Shown here: positions 1 through 9,383 of the stretch, in pieces
How positions within the stretch are numbered: position 1 is the first letter of the stretch
Layout: each line of letters starts with the position of its first letter
Assembly: GCA_041663565.1 (NCBI GenBank)
Contig: JBAYMJ010000004.1
Location: 582 to 64,581, forward strand
Direction of reading: 5' to 3'
Length of the DNA stretch: 64,000 nucleotides
DNA from: Candidatus Micrarchaeia archaeon
GTDB lineage: Archaea > Micrarchaeota > Micrarchaeia > Norongarragalinales > CAINOH01
The notes under the pieces: model-generated
Database searches by the model: none
Told to the model about the DNA's origin: nothing
The model's input: only the letters and a program-made list of their open reading frames with translations
Translations under genes and position numbers: made by a program

Positions 1-3000
1 CGGCGGGTTCGCGCTGACGGAATGATAGCTGGCCTGTGAAAGGCCTGTTCCGCTGTAAACCGCGAAAAACAGGCTCTGCCCGCCGTAGAGGAACCACGAA
101 TTCCCGTCGTTGCCGCACCCGTCCGGGCAGCCTATGTGCTTGTCTATTATGCCGCCCCCGGACGCGGACGCGGGCTTGACCCAAGCCTGCACCGTGAGCG
201 CGGGAGTTCCGTCGAGGCCACCCGAATCAGGAACCTCGAGGTAATCCTTCGCCCCGTCAAACCTCATCGCGCTGCCCCACTTGCCGTCAGGAGTCCAGTC
301 GGCGTGCCTCGCCCTGCCCTCGCTGTACAGGCTGGACACTTCATAAGCCGAAAGGCCGCGCGAATAAAGCGCGACCTCGTCTATGGTGCCGTTGAAGAAG
401 TGGCCCGTCGGGTTGTAAGCGCCTATGTACTTGGACCGGTTGTAGTACGGGAAAAGCATCGGGTACCCGGCGTACTGCCTTGCGAAGAACACGCCGTTGC
501 GGTAAACGTCAACAGTGCCCGCGGGGTAGTCGGCCACGACAACTATGTGGACGAGCGTGTTGTCAAGCCCCGTGAAGTAGCCCGGAAAGTAAAGCCCGTA
601 ATAATACGTGCCGTTGCCGTACTGGAAGCACAGGTGGTCGCCGGCCGCGTTGCGGTAGACGAACAGGTAACCCCCGACGCCCTGCGCGTCGTCGCTGAGA
701 AGCGTCTGGTAGCTCGCCGACAGGCTGCTGTTTACCCACATCGACATCGTGAGCGTCGAGTTGCCCGGGCTGCTTATGGCAAACGGGCCCGTTGCAAGGT
801 AGTCGTTCAGCCCGTCGAAGCGCAGGCCGTAGCCGGACTTTCCTGCAACCGAGTCCGCGTGCCTGGCCCTGCCTGAATTGTACCGGGAGAGGACTTCGGA
901 AGCGGAAAGGGATTTGTTGTATATTCCGACTTCATCGATTGTACCGTTGAAATAGGTGTTCCGGTTGTATTGGCCGCCAACACGCAAAGTTGTTGAGACG
1001 ATGATGTTTGCAGTCGCTGATGTTTCGTTTGCCAGTAGTCCGTTAACATAGATGCGAACCTTCGAGTGGTCGTAAGTCCCGGCAATGTGATACCACGTGT
1101 TTTCCGTTGGCGTAATGCTGAACTTTGCGCTACCCGCACCATAAAAGAGGGCAGTCATCGTGTTGTCTGAAAAGTACTCAAGCAAAAATCCCTTGTCGCC
1201 GTCGTCTCCGCCGTACGCCACAACGATTTGGCTGCTGTTTGGAACCTTGTTCCATTTTACCCACGCGCAGACTGAAACGTTATTCTGCCCGTATGGGATT
1301 GCGCCTGAACGTAAGTCCAAGTCAACGTAATCATTGACACCGTCGAACAATATGCCGGCGCCGCTCTTTCCTGCCACCCAATCGGCGTGCTTGGCCTGGC
1401 CGGCATTGTACTGCGCAAGGACTTCGGAAGCCGAAAGCGAACGGCTTGCAACCATTACCTCGTCAATCGAACCGTTGAAATACATCCACTTGCCCCACGA
1501 CGGCGAGTATTCCGCGCCGATGTAGAGGTTGAGCGCGTTCGTCGGCAGCGGGATAGGAAGCGTGCCGTTGGAGGCCTGGATGCCGTCAACGTAACCCACC
1601 ACCGAAAGGCCATCTATTGTCATAGTGTAGTGATGCCAGCCGGACTGGGTGAAAAACAGGGGGTTGTAGGCGCCATTGTATGACGTATAAAGTATCACGC
1701 TGCTGCCACTACCCGCAGTTGCAATGGACCATTGCCCGTTGTCTATCCCATACTTGCTTATTATCCCGTTGCCCCACGACTCTGCCTGCACGCCGGGATT
1801 CATCCACCACGAGACGGACATCTTGCTCGAGAGATTGATGGATGAAGAGGCTGCGACCACCGCATAGTCATTGACACCATCAAACGAGACACCCAGGCCA
1901 GCTTTTCCGGTCGTCCAGTTGCAGTTGGTGACTCCTGACCCGCCGTTCATGTTGTAGCACGTGGCGTTATTTGCGTATACGCCCTTGTCGTAAGCCGTGT
2001 TGCCCGCATTCTCATCCATATGAAGAAGCAATGCGGTATTCCCATAGAGCTTTCCATTATTGAGGTTGGTGCTTCCATCGGCAATTGAAGTCGGATCTGC
2101 CTCTTCCATGTGCAGGAGGAGCGCAGTATTCCCATAGAACCTTCCGTTGTTGTGGTTGACGCTCTCGTCCGTGATGTTCGCCGAATCATCGTCCTCCATG
2201 CGCAAAAGAAGCGCGGTGTTCCCGTAGATTGTTCCGTTGTTGCCGTAGCGCGAGACGTCAACTACCTTGGCTGCGGTGTCACCGATTGCTGCCATGTCGT
2301 CGAAGTTGTACGCAAGCACAAGCGAGTCGTTGTACATCGTGTAGTTCGCGCCGTTCCAGTTGAACACCACCTGCGAAGGCACTGTCGTGTTCTGGACGCT
2401 CGCAGTTATCGTTATGTTGTTTATGAACACCGTGGGAGCGTTCAGCGGGGTCTGGGGGAGGAACAATATGCCGTTGAACGTGACGCTGCGCGAATCGCTC
2501 GACACGTTCGACCAGTTGGAGCCGGAAAGCGACGAGGCGAAAAGCCTGTAACCGTAAGCCCCGCTGTCCACGCCCTGCCGCACCGAAGTGAACAGCCACC
2601 GGTCAGGAGCGTACTTTGCGAGGTTGGAATAATACTGCTGCTGTATCTCGGCTGCGGAAAGCGAACGGTTCCACACGCGCACCTCGTCTATGGAGCCGTT
2701 GAAATGGCGGTTGTAAGCGGTCCCGTCGTACCAGCCGACCATCGTGTGCTCTGGTATCAACACCTTCGAAGCCGCGGGACTGGAATCGCTACCCACCAAC
2801 GAGCCATCCACGTACACGTTGGCGATGATACCGTTGCCTGTCGCGGCTATGTGGTGCCATCCCGGCGCATATGCATTGTTCACCTGTATCAGAGTGCCCC
2901 AGGTGGACCCGTCGGCAGACTCCACGAAGCCCTGCAAGCTGTTGCTGAAAAAGAGACTGTACGGACCGTAACCGTTGCTCAACTTTATCTTAGAAAGCAC

Positions 3001-6000
3001 GTCAGCATTGCCCGAACCAGCATAATTGACCCACGCGGAGACTGTGATGGGCCCGGTGACGTTCAGGCCGGCCGAATCGCCACTGTCAACATAATCATCA
3101 ACTCCGTCAAACCTCAAAGCCGAGCCCCACTTGCCGCTCGGGCCCCAGTCCGCATGCTTTGCTTTCCCGGCGTTGTAGTGCGCAGCGACTTCGGAGACGG
3201 TTAGCGCCTTGGAATAGACTCCAATCTCGTCAAGCGAGCCGTTCAGGTTGTACGCCGCATAGTTCAGCTTGCCTATCAGCATGCTGTTGGACTCCGACAG
3301 GTTGGTGATGTTGCCTGATGAACTCTTATTGGTGCCGACTGGGACGCCGTTGACGTAAAGTTGTGCCCTGTGGCTTGCGAAGGAATAGGCTGCGGCTACG
3401 TGCGTCCACTGGTCAAGCGGGATTATGTCGCCTGTGCTTGCCGGCCAATAGTCCTCATAATTCGTGCCGTCGCCAAGAATAAGTGATGGAACGTACGGGT
3501 GGCTGGAACCGCTGCCGGATATCACAAACGCATATCCGCTAGCCTTGTCCGCCCCTGCGACATTGGTTTTCTTCGCCAGTATTCCAGGGTTGACCGCGGG
3601 GTTGTCGTTGCGCTTGACCCACGCCTCCAGCGTGAAGTCGTTGGTGGACAGGGTGAGACTGTTGCTGTTGGGTATGACCACGTAATCGTCGTTGCCATCA
3701 AAGGAAATACCTGTGCCGGTTTTTCCGGCAACCCAGCTACAGTTGGTAGTTCCGGAGCCGCCGCCCATGTTGTAGCAGGTTCCGTTGTTGCGCCAGACGC
3801 TTTCGTCGTAAGTCGTGTTGCCTGCGTTCTCGTCCATGCGCAAAAGCAGCGCGGTGTTCCCGTAAATCGTGCCGTTGTTGCCGTAGCGCGATACGTCAAC
3901 TACCTTGGATGCCGAGTCGCCGATTGCCGATTGGTCGTCAAAGTTGTACGCAAGCACAAGCGAGTCGTTGTACATCGTGTAGTTGGAAGAGTTCCAGTTG
4001 AAGATGATGGCCGAAGGCTGCGAAACGTTCTGGATGCTCGCATTGATGGTTATGTTGTTGATGTAGACGGTCGAGGCGTTCGCCGGGGTCGGCGAGAGGA
4101 ACCGGATTGCATTGAACGTGACGGACCGCAATTCGCTGGACGAGGTGTTCCCGACGGGATCGCGCGTCCACAGGAAATAATTGTAGGCCCCGCTGTCGAC
4201 GTCCTGAGGTGAATAAGTAAAGAGCCACCTGCCGGGCGCGTACTTTGCGAGGTTGGAATAATACTGCTGCTTGATTTCATCTGCCGAGAGCGAACGGTTC
4301 CAAATCCGAACCTCGTCGATTGAGCCGGTGAGTACTAGCGAACCGGTGAAATACGCGCCGACAGAAGCCTTGTCAATCCCCGAAAGCCCGCCCCATTGCC
4401 CGTCGTTGCTTGCCTGGCCTACGGACAGCGGCTTGCTTGCCCCATCGAGATACAAGGTAGTGTAAGTGCCGTTGTACGTGGCTGCTATCTGGTGCCAGTT
4501 GCCATCGAAGACCTCCGACCGCGAGGAAGTAACGTAGCCAAGCCGAGGCCCGGAGGACTGCCTGCCGAGCATGATAAGCTCTCCGCTCAGTGTGCTGGTG
4601 CAGCCGTCGCCTATGCATATGTCCTGGTGCTGTGTAACATCCCCGGAATTGCCTATGCCGAAAAGGGTCGCGGTGGTTTCGGACGCGGACTTGACCCACA
4701 GCGAGACCGTTGCAGGCGCTGCGAAATTCAATGCCGAAGCGTTGGAAACAAGCACGCGGCCATATGCGCCGTCAAGCCTCAACGCCGAATTCCATTTTCC
4801 GTTCGGGTCCCAGTTTGCGTGCTTTGCCTTCCCGGCATTGAACTGGTTGAGGATTTCAGCCGCGGAAAGCGAGCGGTTGACAACCATGGCCTCATCAATG
4901 GAGCCGTTGAAGTAAGCCCCGTAATTCCAACCCGCACCCAAAGAAACGCGAACATAAGTCGGCGCAGTGCCGCCAGACGAGCCCAGATAGGCTCCGTCAA
5001 CGTAGAACTTGTAAGTGGTGCCTTCGCGCGTTCCCATCAAGTGGTGCCACTGGCCGTCGTTTTGCGGCGCGGTGCCCAATACATTGCCTGTCGGCCCCCC
5101 GCTGTTATCGGTAATGAACGTGCCGTTGGTGTACAAGCAAATCTGGAATCCCGCCCCGCTCGCCTGCGCCAAGTCCATTATCCTCTGCTGATAGGCCTGC
5201 GCCGCGGAGGCTTTCACCCATGCACCGAAAGAGAAGTCGCCAGTTATATTCGCGGAAAACGTGTTTGACAGCACATAGTCGTTGACTCCGTCAAAACTGA
5301 TTCCGCTACCGCTCTTTCCCGCAACCCAATTGCAGTTGGTGACTCCCGAACCTCCGCTCATGTTGTAGCACGTGCCGTTGTTCCTGTAAGCGCTCTCGTC
5401 ATAAGTGGTGTTTCCGGAGTTCTCGTCCATGTGCAAAAGCAGCGCGGTGTTCCCGTAAATCGTGCCGTTGTTCCCATACTTGCTCGTGTCCACCACTTTC
5501 CCCACGGTGTCCCCAATCGCGGAAGCGTCGTCGAAGTTGTACGCAAGCACAAGCGAGTCGTCATAAAGCGTGTAGTTCGTGCCGTTCCACGAGAACGTCG
5601 CGTTCGAAAACGTCTGGCTCGCGACGGTCGTGTTGTCGATGGTCGCGTTGAACATGGCGTTGGCCGAAAACACTGTCGAGCCACTGTCCGGGGTCGGCGG
5701 GGCGAACTGTATGAGGCTCGGGTAGTTTGTCGCATTCGGCGTAGGTGAAGGCGACGGGCTGGCGGTGGGCTGTGAGGACAGCACGTAGACGGACGCGGGA
5801 ATCTCGATGCTCTGGTTGCCGAGCTCGCCCTGCACGGTCACGTTGACTATCCCCGAATAAATGCCGTACGCGGAGTCACCGACAGTAAAATTTACAAAAA
5901 AAGGGACGCTTGAGTGGGCGGAAAGCGCAAAGCTCGAGCTCGGGCAGGAGATTGTCACGTCGCTCGCGGTCCAGTTGCACTGCACGGTCACGTTCGAGCT

Positions 6001-6492
6001 GGTGCTTGAAAGGCTGGACAGGGTTATGGGTTCATTATGGGTTTCACTGAGAAAAAGCGTGGTGTCAATCGCGCTCACGTTTGCGTAGGCGAGCCACCTG
6101 CCGATGGACACGGTCGCGCCGTCGTTCTCGACCAAAAACTCGTACGTGCCCGGCCTGCCTGGGAGCGAGCCGGTCACCTGGAACGGGAACGTCTCTATGT
6201 AGTCGGACCGCCCGGCGTGAACCTTGATGTAGTAGGGGTAGACCCCGGACAGGGACGCGTTGTAGGAGCGCGGCAGCGTGACCAGGGACGTTTTCCGCGC
6301 GCCGATGCCCTGGGCGTAGACTTCGCGGGCCGCGTTGCCTATGTCGGTAGCGGCGAGGGACGCCTGCAGCTCGGCCTTGCGGGTTGACAGGGCGCTGCCC
6401 TGCTCGTTGGAAAGTGTGACTGTCACAAGGAGGACGAGCAGGGCGATGCCCAGTATCATCATAAACTCCAAAGTAGTCTGGCCGCGACGCAT
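1..6492 (-). CDS. Giant (>2160 aa in window, 3'-truncated by window edge) secreted/surface protein with archaeal class-III (pilin-type) signal peptide and repeated LamG/ConA-like lectin modules
   Basis: Hand translation of minus strand from the ATG at 6492 gives MRRGQTTLEFMMILGIALLVLLVTVTLSNEQGSALSTRK (RGQ-TTLEF class-III signal peptide). Further hand-translated stretches give LamG-like motifs: ALRFDGVDDYVDSGDSAGLN (from the reverse complement of 3061-3120), GSLDEIGVYSKALTVSEVAAHYNAGKAKHADWGPSGKWGS (3121-3240), IYGNTALLLHMDENSGNTTYDESAYRNNGTCYNMSGG (~5344-5460), and NTALLLRMEDDDSANITDESVNHNNGRFYGNTALLLHMEEADPTSIADGSTNLNNGKLYG (2041-2220). The frame is antisense to all the plus frame-1 pseudo-ORFs. 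No minus-frame ORF with codon ends congruent to 0 mod 3 is listed in 1-6500, which is consistent with one open frame running off the window. Confidence 0.8.
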   Translation of the reverse strand, partial: MRRGQTTLEFMMILGIALLVLLVTVTLSNEQGSALSTRKAELQASLAATDIGNAAREVYAQGIGARKTSLVTLPRSYNASLSGVYPYYIKVHAGRSDYIETFPFQVTGSLPGRPGTYEFLVENDGATVSIGRWLAYANVSAIDTTLFLSETHNEPITLSSLSSTSSNVTVQCNWTASDVTISCPSSSFALSAHSSVPFFVNFTVGDSAYGIYSGIVNVTVQGELGNQSIEIPASVYVLSSQPTASPSPSPTPNATNYPSLIQFAPPTPDSGSTVFSANAMFNATIDNTTVASQTFSNATFSWNGTNYTLYDDSLVLAYNFDDASAIGDTVGKVVDTSKYGNNGTIYGNTALLLHMDENSGNTTYDESAYRNNGTCYNMSGGSGVTNCNWVAGKSGSGISFDGVNDYVLSNTFSANITGDFSFGAWVKASAAQAYQQRIMDLAQASGAGFQICLYTNGTFITDNSGGPTGNVLGTAPQNDGQWHHLMGTREGTTYKFYVDGAYLGSSGGTAPTYVRVSLGAGWNYGAYFNGSIDEAMVVNRSLSAAEILNQFNAGKAKHANWDPNGKWNSALRLDGAYGRVLVSNASALNFAAPATVSLWVKSASETTATLFGIGNSGDVTQHQDICIGDGCTSTLSGELIMLGRQSSGPRLGYVTSSRSEVFDGNWHQIAATYNGTYTTLYLDGASKPLSVGQASNDGQWGGLSGIDKASVGAYFTGSLVLTGSIDEVRIWNRSLSADEIKQQYYSNLAKYAPGRWLFTYSPQDVDSGAYNYFLWTRDPVGNTSSSELRSVTFNAIRFLSPTPANASTVYINNITINASIQNVSQPSAIIFNWNSSNYTMYNDSLVLAYNFDDQSAIGDSASKVVDVSRYGNNGTIYGNTALLLRMDENAGNTTYDESVWRNNGTCYNMGGGSGTTNCSWVAGKTGTGISFDGNDDYVVIPNSNSLTLSTNDFTLEAWVKRNDNPAVNPGILAKKTNVAGADKASGYAFVISGSGSSHPYVPSLILGDGTNYEDYWPASTGDIIPLDQWTHVAAAYSFASHRAQLYVNGVPVGTNKSSSGNITNLSESNSMLIGKLNYAAYNLNGSLDEIGVYSKALTVSEVAAHYNAGKAKHADWGPSGKWGSALRFDGVDDYVDSGDSAGLNVTGPITVSAWVNYAGSGNADVLSKIKLSNGYGPYSLFFSNSLQGFVESADGSTWGTLIQVNNAYAPGWHHIAATGNGIIANVYVDGSLVGSDSSPAASKVLIPEHTMVGWYDGTAYNRHFNGSIDEVRVWNRSLSAAEIQQQYYSNLAKYAPDRWLFTSVRQGVDSGAYGYRLFASSLSGSNWSNVSSDSRSVTFNGILFLPQTPLNAPTVFINNITITASVQNTTVPSQVVFNWNGANYTMYNDSLVLAYNFDDMAAIGDTAAKVVDVSRYGNNGTIYGNTALLLRMEDDDSANITDESVNHNNGRFYGNTALLLHMEEADPTSIADGSTNLNNGKLYGNTALLLHMDENAGNTAYDKGVYANNATCYNMNGGSGVTNCNWTTGKAGLGVSFDGVNDYAVVAASSSINLSSKMSVSWWMNPGVQAESWGNGIISKYGIDNGQWSIATAGSGSSVILYTSYNGAYNPLFFTQSGWHHYTMTIDGLSVVGYVDGIQASNGTLPIPLPTNALNLYIGAEYSPSWGKWMYFNGSIDEVMVASRSLSASEVLAQYNAGQAKHADWVAGKSGAGILFDGVNDYVDLDLRSGAIPYGQNNVSVCAWVKWNKVPNSSQIVVAYGGDDGDKGFLLEYFSDNTMTALFYGAGSAKFSITPTENTWYHIAGTYDHSKVRIYVNGLLANETSATANIIVSTTLRVGGQYNRNTYFNGTIDEVGIYNKSLSASEVLSRYNSGRARHADSVAGKSGYGLRFDGLNDYLATGPFAISSPGNSTLTMSMWVNSSLSASYQTLLSDDAQGVGGYLFVYRNAAGDHLCFQYGNGTYYYGLYFPGYFTGLDNTLVHIVVVADYPAGTVDVYRNGVFFARQYAGYPMLFPYYNRSKYIGAYNPTGHFFNGTIDEVALYSRGLSAYEVSSLYSEGRARHADWTPDGKWGSAMRFDGAKDYLEVPDSGGLDGTPALTVQAWVKPASASGGGIIDKHIGCPDGCGNDGNSWFLYGGQSLFFAVYSGTGLSQASYHSVSANPP
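2195..2480. repeat. Approx. 300-nt intragenic/intergenic DNA repeat (copy 1 of 4) encoding the GNTALLLHM(D/E)E…NNGTCYNM linker module
   Basis: Shared strings such as aagttgtacgcaagcacaagcgagtcgttgta and gcgcggtgttcccgta…gccgttgttgccgtagcgcga recur at ~2200, ~3770, ~5430 and ~15080. Boundaries are approximate. Confidence 0.55.
3768..4055. repeat. Repeat copy 2 (about 88% identical to 15082-15362 by eye)
   Basis: Direct by-eye comparison of 3768-4055 with 15082-15362. Confidence 0.6.
5415..5700. repeat. Repeat copy 3
   Basis: Same conserved strings (ccatgtgcaaaagcagcgcggtgttcccgtaaatcgtgccgttgtt…aagttgtacgcaagcacaagcgagtcgtc). Confidence 0.55.
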
Positions 6493-6585
6493 ATTTTCCC
6501 CGAACAGTGAACGGAATTAGTGCTTTTTAATGCGCCTTTTAGCTCGTAAAAACGGGAAAAATTCGCTGGAGCGGCTGGCTTTCCG

Positions 6586-9339
6586 CTACTTGCACGCATC
6601 CGCAGTCGGGTGGTCGGCACAGACTATTTCATTCAACTGCCCTATCTGCAACTTCTGCTTTGCATTGTCGGACTTCATCTGTTCTATCTGCGCCTGCTGC
6701 GCCGCCTTGTCCGCCTTGAGCGCGTCGATTTCCTCCTGCTGTTCCTGCATCGCGCTGACAATCACGGGCGCGATGCGCTCGTAGGATATCCCCTTGTAGC
6801 CCTTGTCGTCGGTAGTCACCAATTCAGGAATGATTTTCTCAACGTCCTGCGCGATGAAACCGACTTGAGTTCCATCGGTGAAGCCCATGTTCGGGTACTC
6901 ACTCGTCCGCCACTCGAAATTCACAGGCTTGAGCGCCATTACCTTGTCGAGCGATGCCGAAGGCAGGAGCGAAGTCACGTTCTTCTTCCAGCGCGCATCA
7001 GAACCCGACCACGAACCCGAGGTGACCCAAGCGGTGCCTGCGACGGTCAGAGTATAGCTGGGGGTTGTTGTGCCGATGCCGACGTTGCCGCTCTTCAGGG
7101 TCATCGTATCCAAATAATTCTGCGAACCCAAACGCAACTCCCAAAGGGTGCTGACAAACTGCGAGGTTATTCTTCCAAGTTCATAAGAGCCTTGGTTGAA
7201 GCTGATTTTTGTCCCGGTCCCACTGCCTTCGCTGTTGGGATTGTCCAACCTCAATAACTCTACTACCGCGCCGCTTGACGTCTTGGCCAGGTGCAGCGGC
7301 GCGCCAGGGCTGGCGGTGCCTATGCCCACGCTGCCATTTAGGATTGACGAGCCATCCACGCGCAATGTTGCCGCAGGCACCTGGTAGCGTATGATCACGA
7401 TTCCCGAACCGCCTGCCCCGCCGGAACCGCCGGTGCCGCTTGCGGGCCATCCGCCACCTCCGCCTCCACCGCCACGGTTAGCTATGCCTGCAGTTCCATT
7501 GCTTCCGCCGGTCGCCCCGGCTCCGCCGCCGTCCATCGCAGCCCCGAAAGAGGTATAACCGCCGCCTCCACCGCCGCCTGCATAAGTAAGCGAGACCCCG
7601 GAAATGGAATAAGCCAACCCATAGCCGCCGGACCCGTTGCCTGAAGTACCGCCTGCAGTGCCCGCGCTGCCGGCACCGCCACCTCCACCGCCCACGTATG
7701 GCAATGCGGACCCTCCGCCAGCGCCGCCTGCATTACCCTGGGAACCGGTTCCGCCGGCAGCACTCGTACCGCCGCCTCCGCCCGAACCGCCGTTTCCTCC
7801 GGCATAACTAGATTTTGCGCCATAACCGCCGCCGATTGCGGTGATTGGACCGAACGTGGAATTGTTGCCGGAGCTTCCGCTGTTGCCGCCCTGACCATCC
7901 GCGTTTCCGAGACCGCCCGCACCACCGGCACCCACAGTAACAGTATACGGCGTCGTAGTTATGGCATAAGACGCGTTGTACAGGACTCCGCCACCGCCAC
8001 CACCGCCTATGCCATTACCGTTCCCGTACCCGCCGCCTCCACCACCACCGCCTGCGACCACGAGGTATTGCACGCTGGTGACTCCTACGGGGGGGATGAA
8101 CGTGCTGTTGCCGACTGTCGTGAACTTGTGAACGCGGTAAGCGACGCCGTTCTCAACAATGTCATAGATGCTGTCGCCTCCAAAACCCATCGGCCCTGCA
8201 ACGTGAAGCATCTCGCTTGAGACAGGCGTGCCGATGCCTACGCTGCCGTTGAGGAAGGTCGTTCCGTTCACGTGCAGCATTGCCAGGGGCCTTGTTGTCC
8301 CTATGCCGACGCTGCCTTGAAGAACCGCAGCAGGACCGGATATCGGGTAGCGGATTATCACTACCCCTGAACCGCCGTAACTGTTGCCGGCGCCGTTGCC
8401 GGTGCCAGCACCGCCATTGCCCAACCCGTTGGTGCCTGATGCGCCAACTGTGCCGTCGGAGCGGCCGTAACCTGCGTTACCTCCGGTGGCATAAGTTACC
8501 GGGACGCCGCTGATGCTGCTGGTGACGCCAATCCCGCCAAGACCCATCGTGTTCTGGCCGAACTGGCCTGGCCCGCCGGCACCGCCGCCACCGCCACCGC
8601 GGTCGTTGCCGCCATACCAGCCGCCGTCTCCGCCGTTGTTGCCCTGGCCCGCAATCCCGTACCCTCCGAGAGACTGGCTCATGTCGCTGAAGATTGTTCC
8701 CGCACCGCCGCCCGAGCCGCCGGTATTGGCGCGCCCGCCGCAATGCGTCACTCCGCCACCGCCGCCCATTGCGGTGATGTTTGCAAAAGTCGAATTCCCG
8801 CCGTTGCCTGCTGCGCCATAACCACCCGCGCCTACTGATACGGTATACGCCCCGGACACGCCGGTAAGGACCCCAGTAAGCATACCCCCCGCTCCGCCAC
8901 CGCCACCCGCGGTGTTGACCTGCGCGCCTGCTCCGCCGCCACCGCCTGCGACGACAAGGTATTCGACTTGGGTGACTCCAGTAGGCGCGGTGAACGTGCT
9001 GTTGCCAACGGTCGTGAACTTGTGCACTCGGTAAGTCGTGCCGTTTTCAACAATGTCATAGATGCTGTCCCCGCCGGAACCTCCCGACACGTTGATTGGA
9101 GGAACGACCTGAAGGGTCGCGTTGGGGCTTGCTGTGCCGATGCCTACGCGGCCGGAAGCGGAGTTGACAAAGAGCGAACCATTGCCCGCGGAAAAGTCGC
9201 TGGTTGAGTTGAACTGGCCCTGCACAAGAAGGCTTCCTGCTGACGCGGGCTGGAAAAGCAAGACCGCACAAAGAAGAAGCAAAGACGCGCACGTAGGCAA
9301 GGAAACCAAATACCTACAGCCACTTGCACCAACCACCAT
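6586..9339 (-). CDS. Secreted Gly-rich tail-fibre-like protein with C-terminal peptidase S74 (intramolecular chaperone auto-processing) domain
   Basis: Sec-type signal peptide (…LLFQPASAGS). N-terminal phage tail-fibre-like repeat (GRVGIGTASPNATLQVV). Two copies of the motif IVENGTTYRVHKFTTVGNSTFTAPTGVTQVEYLVVAGGGGG, each followed by a poly-Gly tract and GSGIVIIRYQ. C-terminus SDARWKKNVTSL…LKPVNFEWR…GFIAQDVEKIIPELV…GYKGISYERIAPVIVSAMQEQQEEIDALKA matches the S74 chaperone domain consensus. Confidence 0.8.
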   Translation of the reverse strand: MVVGASGCRYLVSLPTCASLLLLCAVLLFQPASAGSLLVQGQFNSTSDFSAGNGSLFVNSASGRVGIGTASPNATLQVVPPINVSGGSGGDSIYDIVENGTTYRVHKFTTVGNSTFTAPTGVTQVEYLVVAGGGGGAGAQVNTAGGGGGAGGMLTGVLTGVSGAYTVSVGAGGYGAAGNGGNSTFANITAMGGGGGVTHCGGRANTGGSGGGAGTIFSDMSQSLGGYGIAGQGNNGGDGGWYGGNDRGGGGGGAGGPGQFGQNTMGLGGIGVTSSISGVPVTYATGGNAGYGRSDGTVGASGTNGLGNGGAGTGNGAGNSYGGSGVVIIRYPISGPAAVLQGSVGIGTTRPLAMLHVNGTTFLNGSVGIGTPVSSEMLHVAGPMGFGGDSIYDIVENGVAYRVHKFTTVGNSTFIPPVGVTSVQYLVVAGGGGGGGGYGNGNGIGGGGGGGVLYNASYAITTTPYTVTVGAGGAGGLGNADGQGGNSGSSGNNSTFGPITAIGGGYGAKSSYAGGNGGSGGGGGTSAAGGTGSQGNAGGAGGGSALPYVGGGGGGAGSAGTAGGTSGNGSGGYGLAYSISGVSLTYAGGGGGGGYTSFGAAMDGGGAGATGGSNGTAGIANRGGGGGGGGWPASGTGGSGGAGGSGIVIIRYQVPAATLRVDGSSILNGSVGIGTASPGAPLHLAKTSSGAVVELLRLDNPNSEGSGTGTKISFNQGSYELGRITSQFVSTLWELRLGSQNYLDTMTLKSGNVGIGTTTPSYTLTVAGTAWVTSGSWSGSDARWKKNVTSLLPSASLDKVMALKPVNFEWRTSEYPNMGFTDGTQVGFIAQDVEKIIPELVTTDDKGYKGISYERIAPVIVSAMQEQQEEIDALKADKAAQQAQIEQMKSDNAKQKLQIGQLNEIVCADHPTADACK

Positions 9340-9383
9340 ACTGCATTCCCATTAGCTTTCAGCAAACCCGAATAATACTGCGC

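Noticed and set aside
136-6387. Long plus-strand ORFs in frame 1 (136..876, 1387..1683, 2110..3204, 3499..4212, 4396..5268, 5431..5748, 6037..6387)
   Set aside because: V/R/H-rich, non-protein-like translations. They are the exact antisense of a continuous minus-strand frame that encodes recognisable LamG and signal-peptide sequence, so they are shadow ORFs typical of GC-rich DNA.
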